DNA from: an uncultured Nitrospira sp.
GTDB taxonomy: Bacteria; Nitrospirota; Nitrospiria; Nitrospirales; Nitrospiraceae
Assembly: GCA_902500995.1 (NCBI GenBank)
Contig: CABVSR010000001.1
Coordinates: 73,416-137,415 of the forward strand
Length of the DNA: 64,000 nt
Direction of reading: 5' to 3'
Shown here: piece after piece, positions 18,328-26,741 of the stretch
Numbering within the stretch: the first letter of the stretch is position 1
Layout of the letters: each line of letters begins with the position of its first letter
Made by a program: the position numbers and the translations under genes
The notes under the pieces: model-generated
What the model saw: the letters and a program-made list of their open reading frames with translations, nothing else
The model's database searches: none
Told to the model about the DNA's origin: nothing

Positions 18328-18909
18328 ATGACGCTGCGTTCATCAACATGCCATATTCTCCTGCTCAGCTCGGACAGCGAGATCCAGTCCCATTACAAGG
18401 ACCTTTTCGGCGAACAGTCGATCACGGTCGGGCGGGAAGGCCCATCGCTGCAGAAGGACCTGTCAAAACGCAACTACGATGCCGTCATTATCGAATCGAA
18501 GTTGGCGGCCGCCGCAGACCTTGGCAAACTGCTCACGGGAATCGATCCTTCTCGGACGCTGCTCCTCGTGGGATCTCGCACCGTGTTGAAACGGACCGCC
18601 TCTGTGCTGCAGGCGTCCAAAGCTCCCAGGGACATACCTGCCTCCAACGGCAGAGGGCAATCATTGTGTTTGGACTCTTACCTGGAACACAAGGTCGGTG
18701 ATTTCGTCAAAGGCATGCGGAACGGCTCGGGGAAAAATCTTCATCCCATGCTGATCGCCGCGGTCGAACGGCCGTTGATTCTCTTGACCCTGCGGGAAAC
18801 CAAAGGCAACCAGATCCAAGCCGCCGAACTGCTCGGCCTGAACCGCAATACGCTGAGAAAAAAAATTCTCGATCTGGATATCCCGGTCAAACGCGCCCGA
18901 GCCAGTTAA
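18328..18909 (+). CDS. Fis-type HTH protein with degenerate receiver-like N-terminus (start 18328 preferred over 18244)
   Basis: C-terminal VERPLI..TLRETKGNQIQAAELLGLNRNTLRKKI. Confidence 0.8.
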   Translation: MTLRSSTCHILLLSSDSEIQSHYKDLFGEQSITVGREGPSLQKDLSKRNYDAVIIESKLAAAADLGKLLTGIDPSRTLLLVGSRTVLKRTASVLQASKAPRDIPASNGRGQSLCLDSYLEHKVGDFVKGMRNGSGKNLHPMLIAAVERPLILLTLRETKGNQIQAAELLGLNRNTLRKKILDLDIPVKRARAS

Positions 18910-19002
18910 CGCCTCGCAGGGCTGAATCGCACCTCACCAGGGCGTCACCACGACGCCTATGCATCACATCTACAGGTCGCCAACCACCAACGGAGGGAAG
19001 CA

Positions 19003-19275
19003 ATGACCAAGGAAGAATTGATCGCAAAAATGGCGAACAGTGCCGGCATTACCAAGGTCGCCGCAACCGTCGCGCTCGAAGCGTTCACCGGCGCAGTCAC
19101 CACCTCGCTCAAAAAAGGGAAACGCGTGACGCTGGTGAATTTCGGCACATTCACGATTTCGAAGCGAAAAGCCAGGATGGGACGCAACCCGCGAACCGGT
19201 GAAGCGTTGAAAATTCCTGCCGCCCGCATTCCCAAATTCTCGGCCGGCAAGGAATTGAAGGCTGCGGTGAAATAG
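19003..19275 (+). CDS. hup: DNA-binding protein HU
   Basis: MTKEELI, VTLVNFGTF and GRNPRTGE..KIPA..IPKFSAGKELK. Confidence 0.96.
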   Translation: MTKEELIAKMANSAGITKVAATVALEAFTGAVTTSLKKGKRVTLVNFGTFTISKRKARMGRNPRTGEALKIPAARIPKFSAGKELKAAVK

Positions 19276-19311
19276 ATCGTCTGCAGACTGCCGGACAGGA
19301 TCACAGGAGAG

Positions 19312-19361
19312 ACGCGATGGCCCCAGGCAATCGCGGAGAAAAGCCTGTCTTGCCATCGCGT
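19312..19361 (+). terminator. Stem-loop after hup (possible terminator)
   Basis: ACGCGATGGC ... GCCATCGCGT 10-bp stem, followed by only a short T run. Confidence 0.4.
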
Positions 19362-19365
19362 TTCC

Positions 19366-19395
19366 TTGACACCTTTGGCAAGCCTGTATTAGCAT
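19366..19395 (+). promoter_or_regulatory. sigma70 promoter of tRNA-Val/thrS
   Basis: TTGACA-N18-TAGCAT, ending 11 nt upstream of the tRNA. Confidence 0.7.
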
Positions 19396-19406
19396 CGCCG
19401 ATCGAT

Positions 19407-19481
19407 AGGCGCGTAGCTCAGGGGGAGAGCGCTACCTTGACACGGTAGAGGTCGACGGTTCAAGACCGTCCGCGCCTACCA
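19407..19481 (+). tRNA. tRNA-Val(GAC)
   Basis: AGGCGCG/CGCGCCT acceptor stem, CTACC-TT-GAC-AC-GGTAG anticodon arm, GGTTCAAGA T-loop and encoded CCA. Confidence 0.96.
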
Positions 19482-19558
19482 TTTTTGTTCGTGCGTGCAG
19501 TTCGTGATCCGACTACCGGCAGCATAGTGGTCGGCACGGCGTTGTATTTTTTGTAGGA

Positions 19559-21523
19559 TTGACCGGAGTGGCCTCACAGCTCATTCACATCACCCTTCCT
19601 GACGGAACTCGAAAACAAGTACCAGCAGGATGCACCGTCCGCGACGTCTTGACGCCGCAGGGTGGACGCCTCGACGGCAGAATCCTAGCCGCAAAGGTCA
19701 ACGGCGAGCCGGCGGACTTGTTTCATGCGCTGGATCAAGACGCGACCGTCGAACCCCTCACGTTTGAATCGGCTGAGGGACGGGACGTCTATCGCCACAG
19801 CAGCACTCACATTATGGCGCAAGCCGTTAAAGAAGTGTTCCCGACCGCGCAACTCACGATCGGTCCGGCGTTAGAAGAAGGCTTCTACTACGATTTTGCT
19901 TTCGACCGACCCTTCACTCCGGAAGACTTGGAGAAAATTGAAGCGCGCGCCATTGAGATCACCAAACGCGCCCTCGCCGTCAGTCGAAGCGAACTTTCGA
20001 AAGAAGAGGCCATCAAGTTTTTCCAGGACCGCGGAGAAGCCTACAAGGTCGAATTGATCAAGAGCTTCGAGGACGGCTCGCCTATTTCTCTCTATCGTCA
20101 GGGAGAATTTGTCGACCTCTGCCGCGGGCCGCACCTTCCCACCACCGGCTACGTCGGGGCTTTCAAGCTCCTCTCCACCGGAGGCGCCTACTGGCGGGGG
20201 GACGAACGCAACCCCATGCTGCAGCGGGTCTATGGCACCTCGTTCCCCACGAAAAAGGAACTCGATGCCCATCTCGCCAAACTCGAAGAGATCAAGCGCC
20301 GAGACCATCGCAAACTCGGTAAAGAGCTGGACCTGATCACGATTCAAGATGAAATCGGTCCGGGCTTGGTCCTCTGGCATCCCAAGGGATCCCTGATCCG
20401 GTTGCTGATCGAAAATTTCTGGCGAGAGCAACACATTAAGGACGGATACGATCTGGTCTATTCCCCGCATGTCGCCAGGCTCGATTTGTGGAAAACCAGC
20501 GGCCATGTCGACTACTACCGCGAAAACATGTTTGCCTCAATGAAACTGGAAGGCAGCGAGTATCAGCTCAAACCGATGAACTGCCCCTTCCATATCATGA
20601 TCTACAAATCGCACTTGCGCAGCTACCGGGATTTGCCGATCCGGTACGGAGAATTGGGCACCGTGTATCGGTACGAACGCACCGGCGTGTTGCATGGCCT
20701 GTTGCGGGTCCGCGGCTTTACCCAGGATGACGCGCATTTATTCTGCCGACCGGATCAGATTGAGGTGGAAGTGAGCCGCGTGCTGGACTTTACCTTTTTC
20801 GTCCTCGGCACCTTCGGCTTTACCGAATTTGAAATCTACCTCTCGACCCGGCCGGAGAAATCGGTCGGCTCCGATGAAAACTGGACGGTGGCCACCAACG
20901 CGCTGGAAGCCGCGCTGAAGAGCCGGAACGTGGCCTATCAGGTTGACCCCGGCGAAGGCGTGTTCTACGGCCCGAAAATCGACATCAAGATCAAAGACGT
21001 TCTCGGGCGTTCCTGGCAATGCTCGACGGTTCAGGTCGATTTCAACAATCCGGAGCGCTTTAAGCTGGCCTATACCGGCGAAGACGGCAAACATCACCAG
21101 CCGATTATGATCCATCGGGCGCTCATGGGATCGATTGAGCGCTTCTTCGGCATCCTGATCGAACACTACGCCGGCGCCTTTCCGACGTGGCTGGCTCCGG
21201 TTCAAGCGGTGGTGCTGACCATTACCGATCATCAACAGGAGTTCGCGGCAAAGATCGTCTCTACGCTCAAAGGTCATGGCTATCGGGTGGAGGCGGATCT
21301 CCGCAATGAGAAAATCGGCTTTAAGATCCGGGAAGCGGAAAAGAACAAGATCCCCTACATGCTCGTCGTCGGGGACAAGGAAGTCCAGAGCGGCATGGTG
21401 GCGGTTCGAGGCCGGAGCGGGGCGAACCATGGAACCATGCCCATTGAACAATTCCTGGAACTCATCCGCACAGACACCAATCACGCATTGCGCGACACGG
21501 CAACCCACTCACAAACGAGGTGA
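19559..21523 (+). CDS. thrS: Threonyl-tRNA synthetase (start 19559 or GTG 19568)
   Basis: TGS domain, HSSTH, DLCRGPH, RDHRKLGK, KPMNCP, YRYE, FYGPKID and HRALMGS. Confidence 0.98.
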   Translation: MTGVASQLIHITLPDGTRKQVPAGCTVRDVLTPQGGRLDGRILAAKVNGEPADLFHALDQDATVEPLTFESAEGRDVYRHSSTHIMAQAVKEVFPTAQLTIGPALEEGFYYDFAFDRPFTPEDLEKIEARAIEITKRALAVSRSELSKEEAIKFFQDRGEAYKVELIKSFEDGSPISLYRQGEFVDLCRGPHLPTTGYVGAFKLLSTGGAYWRGDERNPMLQRVYGTSFPTKKELDAHLAKLEEIKRRDHRKLGKELDLITIQDEIGPGLVLWHPKGSLIRLLIENFWREQHIKDGYDLVYSPHVARLDLWKTSGHVDYYRENMFASMKLEGSEYQLKPMNCPFHIMIYKSHLRSYRDLPIRYGELGTVYRYERTGVLHGLLRVRGFTQDDAHLFCRPDQIEVEVSRVLDFTFFVLGTFGFTEFEIYLSTRPEKSVGSDENWTVATNALEAALKSRNVAYQVDPGEGVFYGPKIDIKIKDVLGRSWQCSTVQVDFNNPERFKLAYTGEDGKHHQPIMIHRALMGSIERFFGILIEHYAGAFPTWLAPVQAVVLTITDHQQEFAAKIVSTLKGHGYRVEADLRNEKIGFKIREAEKNKIPYMLVVGDKEVQSGMVAVRGRSGANHGTMPIEQFLELIRTDTNHALRDTATHSQTR

Positions 21524-21526
21524 CCT

Positions 21527-22033
21527 ATCGTCCCTAAATTACGTGTAAACCGGGAAATCAGGATTCGGGAAGTTCGCGTCATCGGTCCCGACGGCGAGCA
21601 ATTGGGAATACTGCCGACCGTAGAGGCATTCAATAAGGCTCAGGAAGGGGGCTACGATCTTGTCGAGGTAGCCCCGACCTCGCAGCCTCCGGTTTGCCGT
21701 ATCATGGACTATGGGAAGTACAAGTTCGAGCTCAGCAAAAAGGACCACCAGAGCCGGCGCCACCAGAAATCCACGCAGGTCAAGGAAATCAAGTTGCGCC
21801 CGCGCACCGACAAACATGATCTGGACATCAAGATCCGTCAGATCAAAGAATTCCTGGCGGACGGGAACAAGACCAAGGTGACCCTGACGTACCGCGGGCG
21901 CGAGATGGCCAATCAGGAAATGGGCCGCACGATGATGACGAGTGTGATTCAGCAGTGCATGGAAGCAGGAACCGTCGAATTTGCGCCGAGGATGGAAGGG
22001 CGCAGCCTGATCATGATTTTGGCTCCCAAATAA
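21527..22033 (+). CDS. infC: Translation initiation factor IF-3 with non-canonical ATC start
   Basis: In frame upstream of the ORF-track start: ATC GTC CCT AAA TTA CGT GTA AAC CGG GAA ATC = (M)VPKLRVNREIRIREVRVIGPDGEQLG; preceded by SD GAGGTG. Confidence 0.93.
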   Translation: MVPKLRVNREIRIREVRVIGPDGEQLGILPTVEAFNKAQEGGYDLVEVAPTSQPPVCRIMDYGKYKFELSKKDHQSRRHQKSTQVKEIKLRPRTDKHDLDIKIRQIKEFLADGNKTKVTLTYRGREMANQEMGRTMMTSVIQQCMEAGTVEFAPRMEGRSLIMILAPK

Positions 22034-22066
22034 TGTGCGCGAGGCACGCAAGGAAGGAATGAGAGC

Positions 22067-22264
22067 ATGAAGATGAAGATGAAAACCCACAGCGGCGCGA
22101 AGAAACGGTTTAAGCGCACGGGAACCGGGAAACTGGTTCGCCGGAAGGCCGGCGGCCGCCACTTGCTGACCGGCAAGCCGCGGGATCGCAAGCGGAACCT
22201 GAAGGGGGCCACGGATGTCTCCTCTGCGTCGACTCCCGCGTTGAACAAGTTGCTTCCGCAGTAA
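22067..22264 (+). CDS. rpmI: 50S ribosomal protein L35
   Basis: KMKTHSGAKKRFKRTGTGK. Confidence 0.95.
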   Translation: MKMKMKTHSGAKKRFKRTGTGKLVRRKAGGRHLLTGKPRDRKRNLKGATDVSSASTPALNKLLPQ

Positions 22265-22307
22265 CGATCATTGTGCCGTGAACCGGATTTGAAAGGAGTA
22301 GCGTCCC

Positions 22308-22676
22308 ATGCCCCGTACAAAAGGTGGTCCGAAAACACGACAGCGGCGAAAGAAGCGCCTGAAACTGGCGAAAGGCCAGTATGGCGCCAAGAGCCGGCTG
22401 TTCCGAACAGCAACTGAATCGGTCGATAAGGGGCAGGCCTATGCCTACTCGGGACGCAAGCAGCGGAAACGTGATTTCCGCCAGCTCTGGATCGCGCGCA
22501 TCAGCGCCGCCACCCGCTTGCATGGCATGGCGTATAGCCGCTTCATGAACGCCCTCAAGAAGGCGAATATTGCGTTGGATCGGAAAGTTCTCTCCGATAT
22601 GGCAATCCGGGATATGGCGGGATTCGAGAAACTCGTCGGGATCGCCAAGCAGCAGCTTGCTCCTGCAGCGAGCTAG
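22308..22676 (+). CDS. rplT: 50S ribosomal protein L20
   Basis: MPRTK..., RKQRKRDFRQLWIARISAA and IALDRKVLSDMA. Confidence 0.97.
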   Translation: MPRTKGGPKTRQRRKKRLKLAKGQYGAKSRLFRTATESVDKGQAYAYSGRKQRKRDFRQLWIARISAATRLHGMAYSRFMNALKKANIALDRKVLSDMAIRDMAGFEKLVGIAKQQLAPAAS

Positions 22677-22695
22677 CGGGGACGTCTCACGCTTC

Positions 22696-22734
22696 GTGGC
22701 GGGAAAGTCCTGATTGAACGGAGTTTCCCGTCAC
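22696..22734. terminator. Hairpin between convergent rplT and pheT
   Basis: GTGGCGGGAAA ... TTTCCCGTCAC stem. Confidence 0.55.
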
Positions 22735-24449
22735 GCTTCATCCAGCAATCGATCGATTTCCAACTCCAGCGCCACGGCCGGCACTCCGATCTGCCACTGC
22801 TCTAACACCTCCGGATGCAACTCGCCGAGCAGGCCGATCGCTCGTCCCCCCAGCATGATTCTTCCCGCCCTCCCCTCAAGAAATGAGGGATGGGGAACCG
22901 GTTCCAACGTGAAGGCGCGGTCCAGGTAATACAGCAGCAGATCCAAGCAGGAATGAATTTCCGAAAAGTGCGCGCCGGCATGAGCGATGACTGCGCCCAG
23001 CATCGTGATCGTCCGTGACCCGACATCGGCGCTCGCATCGGGAACGGCCACTTCACCGACTTCGAATATTCGATGCGGATAAAAGGCGCGGCTTGAATTG
23101 GTTTCCACCTGCAACAACGAAGGGGTGATCCATTGGCGCAGGCAGGAATAGGTCAGCGACATGACATTATCCACTTCCACGACCTTTGCCCACTCGCTGC
23201 CATCCAATCGCATCCGCGTGCAAAAATCCTGGCGGGACCCCATGATGTTGGAAATGATCTCCTGAAACTCCATCCCCACCATGAGGTGCCGGACCCGATC
23301 GGCCATATGCTCCAACCGGGAAAGGCCGCCCACCGTAAACTGCGAGGGCATGACCGGAGCAAATCGTGCATAACCCTGACTGATCGCCACATCCTCCACC
23401 ACATCCACGGTGTGCAGCAGGTCGTTGCGGTACGGCGGCAATTGCACCACCACCTTGGGGCCGGCCGATTTCACCGTGTAGCCGTAAGACTTGAGCGCCG
23501 AGGTGACTTCTTTACTGCCCAAAGCTTCTCCCAGCGCGGTTTCGATGGCCTTGAGCGGAATGGTGCGCGGCGCGCCGAAATCAATCGGTGTGTGCCAGCG
23601 TTTACCGAAGGCGGTTTTCACGGGTGACTGAATTTCAACCGGCGCAATGACGGCTCCGCGATCGGCAAGGTTGGCCGCAAAAATATTCAACGTGAGCGCG
23701 ACCATGTGGAGATCGGTCCCCGTCACTTCCACGAACAGGCGATCGTCACCCACCTGCACTTCTCCGATTTCACGGCTGTTGATGATCGGCGGAAACGACA
23801 AGACCTGCCCTTTTGCATCACGCAACACCGGGAGCCGGTCATGGCCGCTGACGATGCCCCCATACTCCACGCCTTTCGGATGGACCATGAGGATCTCCCG
23901 CAGCGTCATCACCGTTTCCATACCTAACGGCGTGAAGCGCACGTCGTCCGGCTTCACCAGATCGTACGATACCGGGAAGACGATCGGCGCCAGCCGATAC
24001 AGTCCAATGGAGACTGAGCGGCGCTTACGTCCGAAAATATCCGCCAGCTTTTCCTGCGTCTGGATCAATTGCGTCAACCCCGAGGGCGTCACCCGATAGC
24101 CGATCGCCGTGCAGGCCGCCACATAAGGGCGCACCTGCTCCAGCCCCGCCGCCACCATGAGTTTCTCATCCGCACGTTTCTGCTTTTTGAAAAACGGATA
24201 GGCAGTCGCGGCACCCTGCTGCTTGGTTCTGATCTGCCGCGCGATCCCTTCACAACACCACAAATCGGGCCGGTTGCTGTCCTGCAACTCGATCCGCAGT
24301 TCACCGGTTTCCGGGTTGTGCCCTTTCAACTCACCCTTCACCAGCATCAGCCATTGCTCAAGTTGATCGACCGACAGGCGAGACGGCGTGTTGCCCGGCC
24401 CGGCGATCAATGCCTCAAGTTCGTCTCGTTGTAAGGAAATGGTGGGCAT
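22731..24449 (-). CDS. pheT: Phenylalanyl-tRNA synthetase beta subunit, short archaeal/eukaryote type
   Basis: 572 aa; MPTI start, NRPDL, PPIINS and PPYRNDLLHTVDVVEDVAI; no OB-fold or FDX-ACB domain. Confidence 0.92.
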   Translation of the reverse strand: MPTISLQRDELEALIAGPGNTPSRLSVDQLEQWLMLVKGELKGHNPETGELRIELQDSNRPDLWCCEGIARQIRTKQQGAATAYPFFKKQKRADEKLMVAAGLEQVRPYVAACTAIGYRVTPSGLTQLIQTQEKLADIFGRKRRSVSIGLYRLAPIVFPVSYDLVKPDDVRFTPLGMETVMTLREILMVHPKGVEYGGIVSGHDRLPVLRDAKGQVLSFPPIINSREIGEVQVGDDRLFVEVTGTDLHMVALTLNIFAANLADRGAVIAPVEIQSPVKTAFGKRWHTPIDFGAPRTIPLKAIETALGEALGSKEVTSALKSYGYTVKSAGPKVVVQLPPYRNDLLHTVDVVEDVAISQGYARFAPVMPSQFTVGGLSRLEHMADRVRHLMVGMEFQEIISNIMGSRQDFCTRMRLDGSEWAKVVEVDNVMSLTYSCLRQWITPSLLQVETNSSRAFYPHRIFEVGEVAVPDASADVGSRTITMLGAVIAHAGAHFSEIHSCLDLLLYYLDRAFTLEPVPHPSFLEGRAGRIMLGGRAIGLLGELHPEVLEQWQIGVPAVALELEIDRLLDEA

Positions 24450-24461
24450 GCTGTGCTGATC

Positions 24462-26006
24462 CTAAAAACTTCCCCGCATTGTCCGGATGAATTCTAAATC
24501 CGCCGAGAAGAGGTCGCGAATGTCATGAATGCCCAAGGCCACCATCGCCATGCGATCGAGTCCAAGCCCCCAGGCAATGACCGGTACGGAGACGCCGAGC
24601 GGCGCCGTGACTTCAGGCCGGAAGAGTCCCGCGCCTCCCAACTCCATCCAGCCCAACTTCGGGTGGCGGACATGCATTTCGACCGATGGTTCGGTGAACG
24701 GGAAATAGGCGGGAAGAAATTTGACTTCCTTGGCTTGAGCCACTTCGCGGGCGAACAGGTTCAGCAAGCCTAGCAGGGTCCGGAAATTAATGTCCGCCCC
24801 CAGCACGATCCCTTCCACCTGAAAAAAGTCCGTCGCATGAGTGGCATCCACCTGGTCGTATCGAAAACATCGGGCGATAGAAAAGTACTTGCCCGGCACG
24901 GAGGGGCTCGCCGCCAGCCTGCGCGCAGAGACGGCCGTCCCTTGGCTCCGCAACACCAACCGCTTCGCGCGTTCGGCATCGAACGTATAGCCCCAGCCGG
25001 TCGAGCCGGCGCCTGCCCCCGTTTCGTGGACCTCGGTGACCTGTGACAGGTAGGGTTCGGCAATCATGCGGGCATGAGTCGGGTTTTTCACGAAATAGAC
25101 ATCGTGGATATCCCGCGCGGGGTGGAACTGCGGCATAAACAACGCATCCATATTCCAGAACTCGGTCTCCACGAGCGTCCCGCGCATTTCTTGGAAGCCC
25201 ATGCTGACCAGCTTGAGTTTCACAAGATCCAGGAACTCCCGGTAGGGGTGCCGTTTCCCGGCCGCGATTCTTGGCGCCCGCAAACTGATCGTGTATTTCC
25301 GGAACTGCTTCGTCCGCCAGGCGCCTTCTTTAAGCAGTTCGGGTGTCAATTGCGAGACTTCCTCCGCCACGCCGTCGCGAGACAGTTGGTCGGCCGCCTC
25401 CTGACCGGAAGGGGTCAGCAGAAACGAGCGCGTCACCCGTTCATCGACCCGGAAAGGTTCGCGCGCATTCCCGCGTTTGACCGCATGCTGCTGAAGCACG
25501 GCGCGCAGCGGTTCCGCAAAGGTCTGCAACTCCCGCGGCCCGCTCCGCAATTCGTGCAAGAGCGCGCGCATCGCCTCTGCCGTAGGACTGTTCCGTCCGG
25601 TACTTTCCAGACACCCGCCTTGCACGATGAGAATGGACCCCTCCTTCTTCAGGGTCCCGACTGCCTTACTGACATCCGAGGGTTCGAGCGCTTCTTTGGC
25701 CTGGATGTCCTGGATCGTCAGACGTTTGCCGGTCTGCCCTGCTTCGCGGGCCGCCGACAGCACCCGTTCGATCGGCGCATATTTCTCAAAAAACACCTCA
25801 CCGATCGGCGTCAGCGACGCGATGTGCGCCACAGTTTCGGCCTGCACGGCAATCAGGGATTTGGCCAAGAGCCATTCGACGGCCATGCTTAACTGCGAGG
25901 GTTCCAACCCGGTGGACGCCGCGAGGTGGTCGAGTGTGGAAGGCGAGCCTGGCTGCGGGGCCAAGGCCAGCAGCACTTTGCTTTCGAGGGGATGAAAATT
26001 ATCCAT
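24462..26006 (-). CDS. pheS: Phenylalanyl-tRNA synthetase alpha subunit, long archaeal/eukaryote type
   Basis: 514 aa with N-terminal winged-helix-like extension; WNMDALFMPQFHPARD, FRYDQVDATH, YFPFTEPS and AWGLGLDR. Confidence 0.93.
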   Translation of the reverse strand: MDNFHPLESKVLLALAPQPGSPSTLDHLAASTGLEPSQLSMAVEWLLAKSLIAVQAETVAHIASLTPIGEVFFEKYAPIERVLSAAREAGQTGKRLTIQDIQAKEALEPSDVSKAVGTLKKEGSILIVQGGCLESTGRNSPTAEAMRALLHELRSGPRELQTFAEPLRAVLQQHAVKRGNAREPFRVDERVTRSFLLTPSGQEAADQLSRDGVAEEVSQLTPELLKEGAWRTKQFRKYTISLRAPRIAAGKRHPYREFLDLVKLKLVSMGFQEMRGTLVETEFWNMDALFMPQFHPARDIHDVYFVKNPTHARMIAEPYLSQVTEVHETGAGAGSTGWGYTFDAERAKRLVLRSQGTAVSARRLAASPSVPGKYFSIARCFRYDQVDATHATDFFQVEGIVLGADINFRTLLGLLNLFAREVAQAKEVKFLPAYFPFTEPSVEMHVRHPKLGWMELGGAGLFRPEVTAPLGVSVPVIAWGLGLDRMAMVALGIHDIRDLFSADLEFIRTMRGSF

Positions 26007-26033
26007 GAATGACGGTGCGGTCTCAGGCCTCTT

Positions 26034-26741
26034 CTATCGCTGGGCCACGGCAGCCCTGGTGGTCCGTGGCGGCGGCGCATGTCCGGCTCTGAGCGCCGTG
26101 ATGGCTGCGGCATAATCGTGGTGAGAAAATACCGCTGATCCTGCCACCAGCACATCGGCTCCGGCCTCGAGAATGGATTCCGCGTTGTCCGGCTTCACGC
26201 CGCCGTCCACTTCCAAGAGTGCGTGGCTGTGGGTCCGGTCGATGAGAGCCCGGACCTCGGCAATCTTATGTAAGGACGATGGAATGAATTGTTGCCCCCC
26301 GAAACCTGGATTCACCGACATGATGAGGATGAGATCGGCCTCGCGCACGATTTCAGATAACGTCATGGCCGAAGTGGCGGGGTTCAACGTGACACCGGCC
26401 TTCACACCGCGCTCCTTGATCAATTGAACCGTCCGGTGCAGGTGCGGGCAGGTTTCGACATGGACGGTGAGGTAATTGGCGCCGGCCTCCGCGAACTCCC
26501 CGATAAACGCATCCGGATTGGTCATCATCAAATGCACGTCCAGCGGCAGGCTGGTGACTTTTCGGAGAGCTTCAACCACGGGCGGACCGATCGTCAAATT
26601 CGGCACGAAGTGCCCATCCATCACATCTACATGCAACCAATCGGCACCCGCCTCCTCAACCCGGGCCACTTCGTCGGCCAGCCGCGCGAAGTCTGCCGAA
26701 AGGATGGATGGGGCAATACAGGCGGTCTTGCCGGCCATCAC
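26034..26741 (-). CDS. rpe: Ribulose-phosphate 3-epimerase
   Basis: IAPSILSADF, HVDVMDGHFVPN, MSVNPGFGGQ and EVDGG. Confidence 0.97.
   Translation of the reverse strand: MMAGKTACIAPSILSADFARLADEVARVEEAGADWLHVDVMDGHFVPNLTIGPPVVEALRKVTSLPLDVHLMMTNPDAFIGEFAEAGANYLTVHVETCPHLHRTVQLIKERGVKAGVTLNPATSAMTLSEIVREADLILIMSVNPGFGGQQFIPSSLHKIAEVRALIDRTHSHALLEVDGGVKPDNAESILEAGADVLVAGSAVFSHHDYAAAITALRAGHAPPPRTTRAAVAQR

Noticed and set aside
19482-19558. T-box or tRNA-mimic operator upstream of thrS
   Set aside because: Leader too short for a T-box; the hairpin has no Thr-anticodon-like loop
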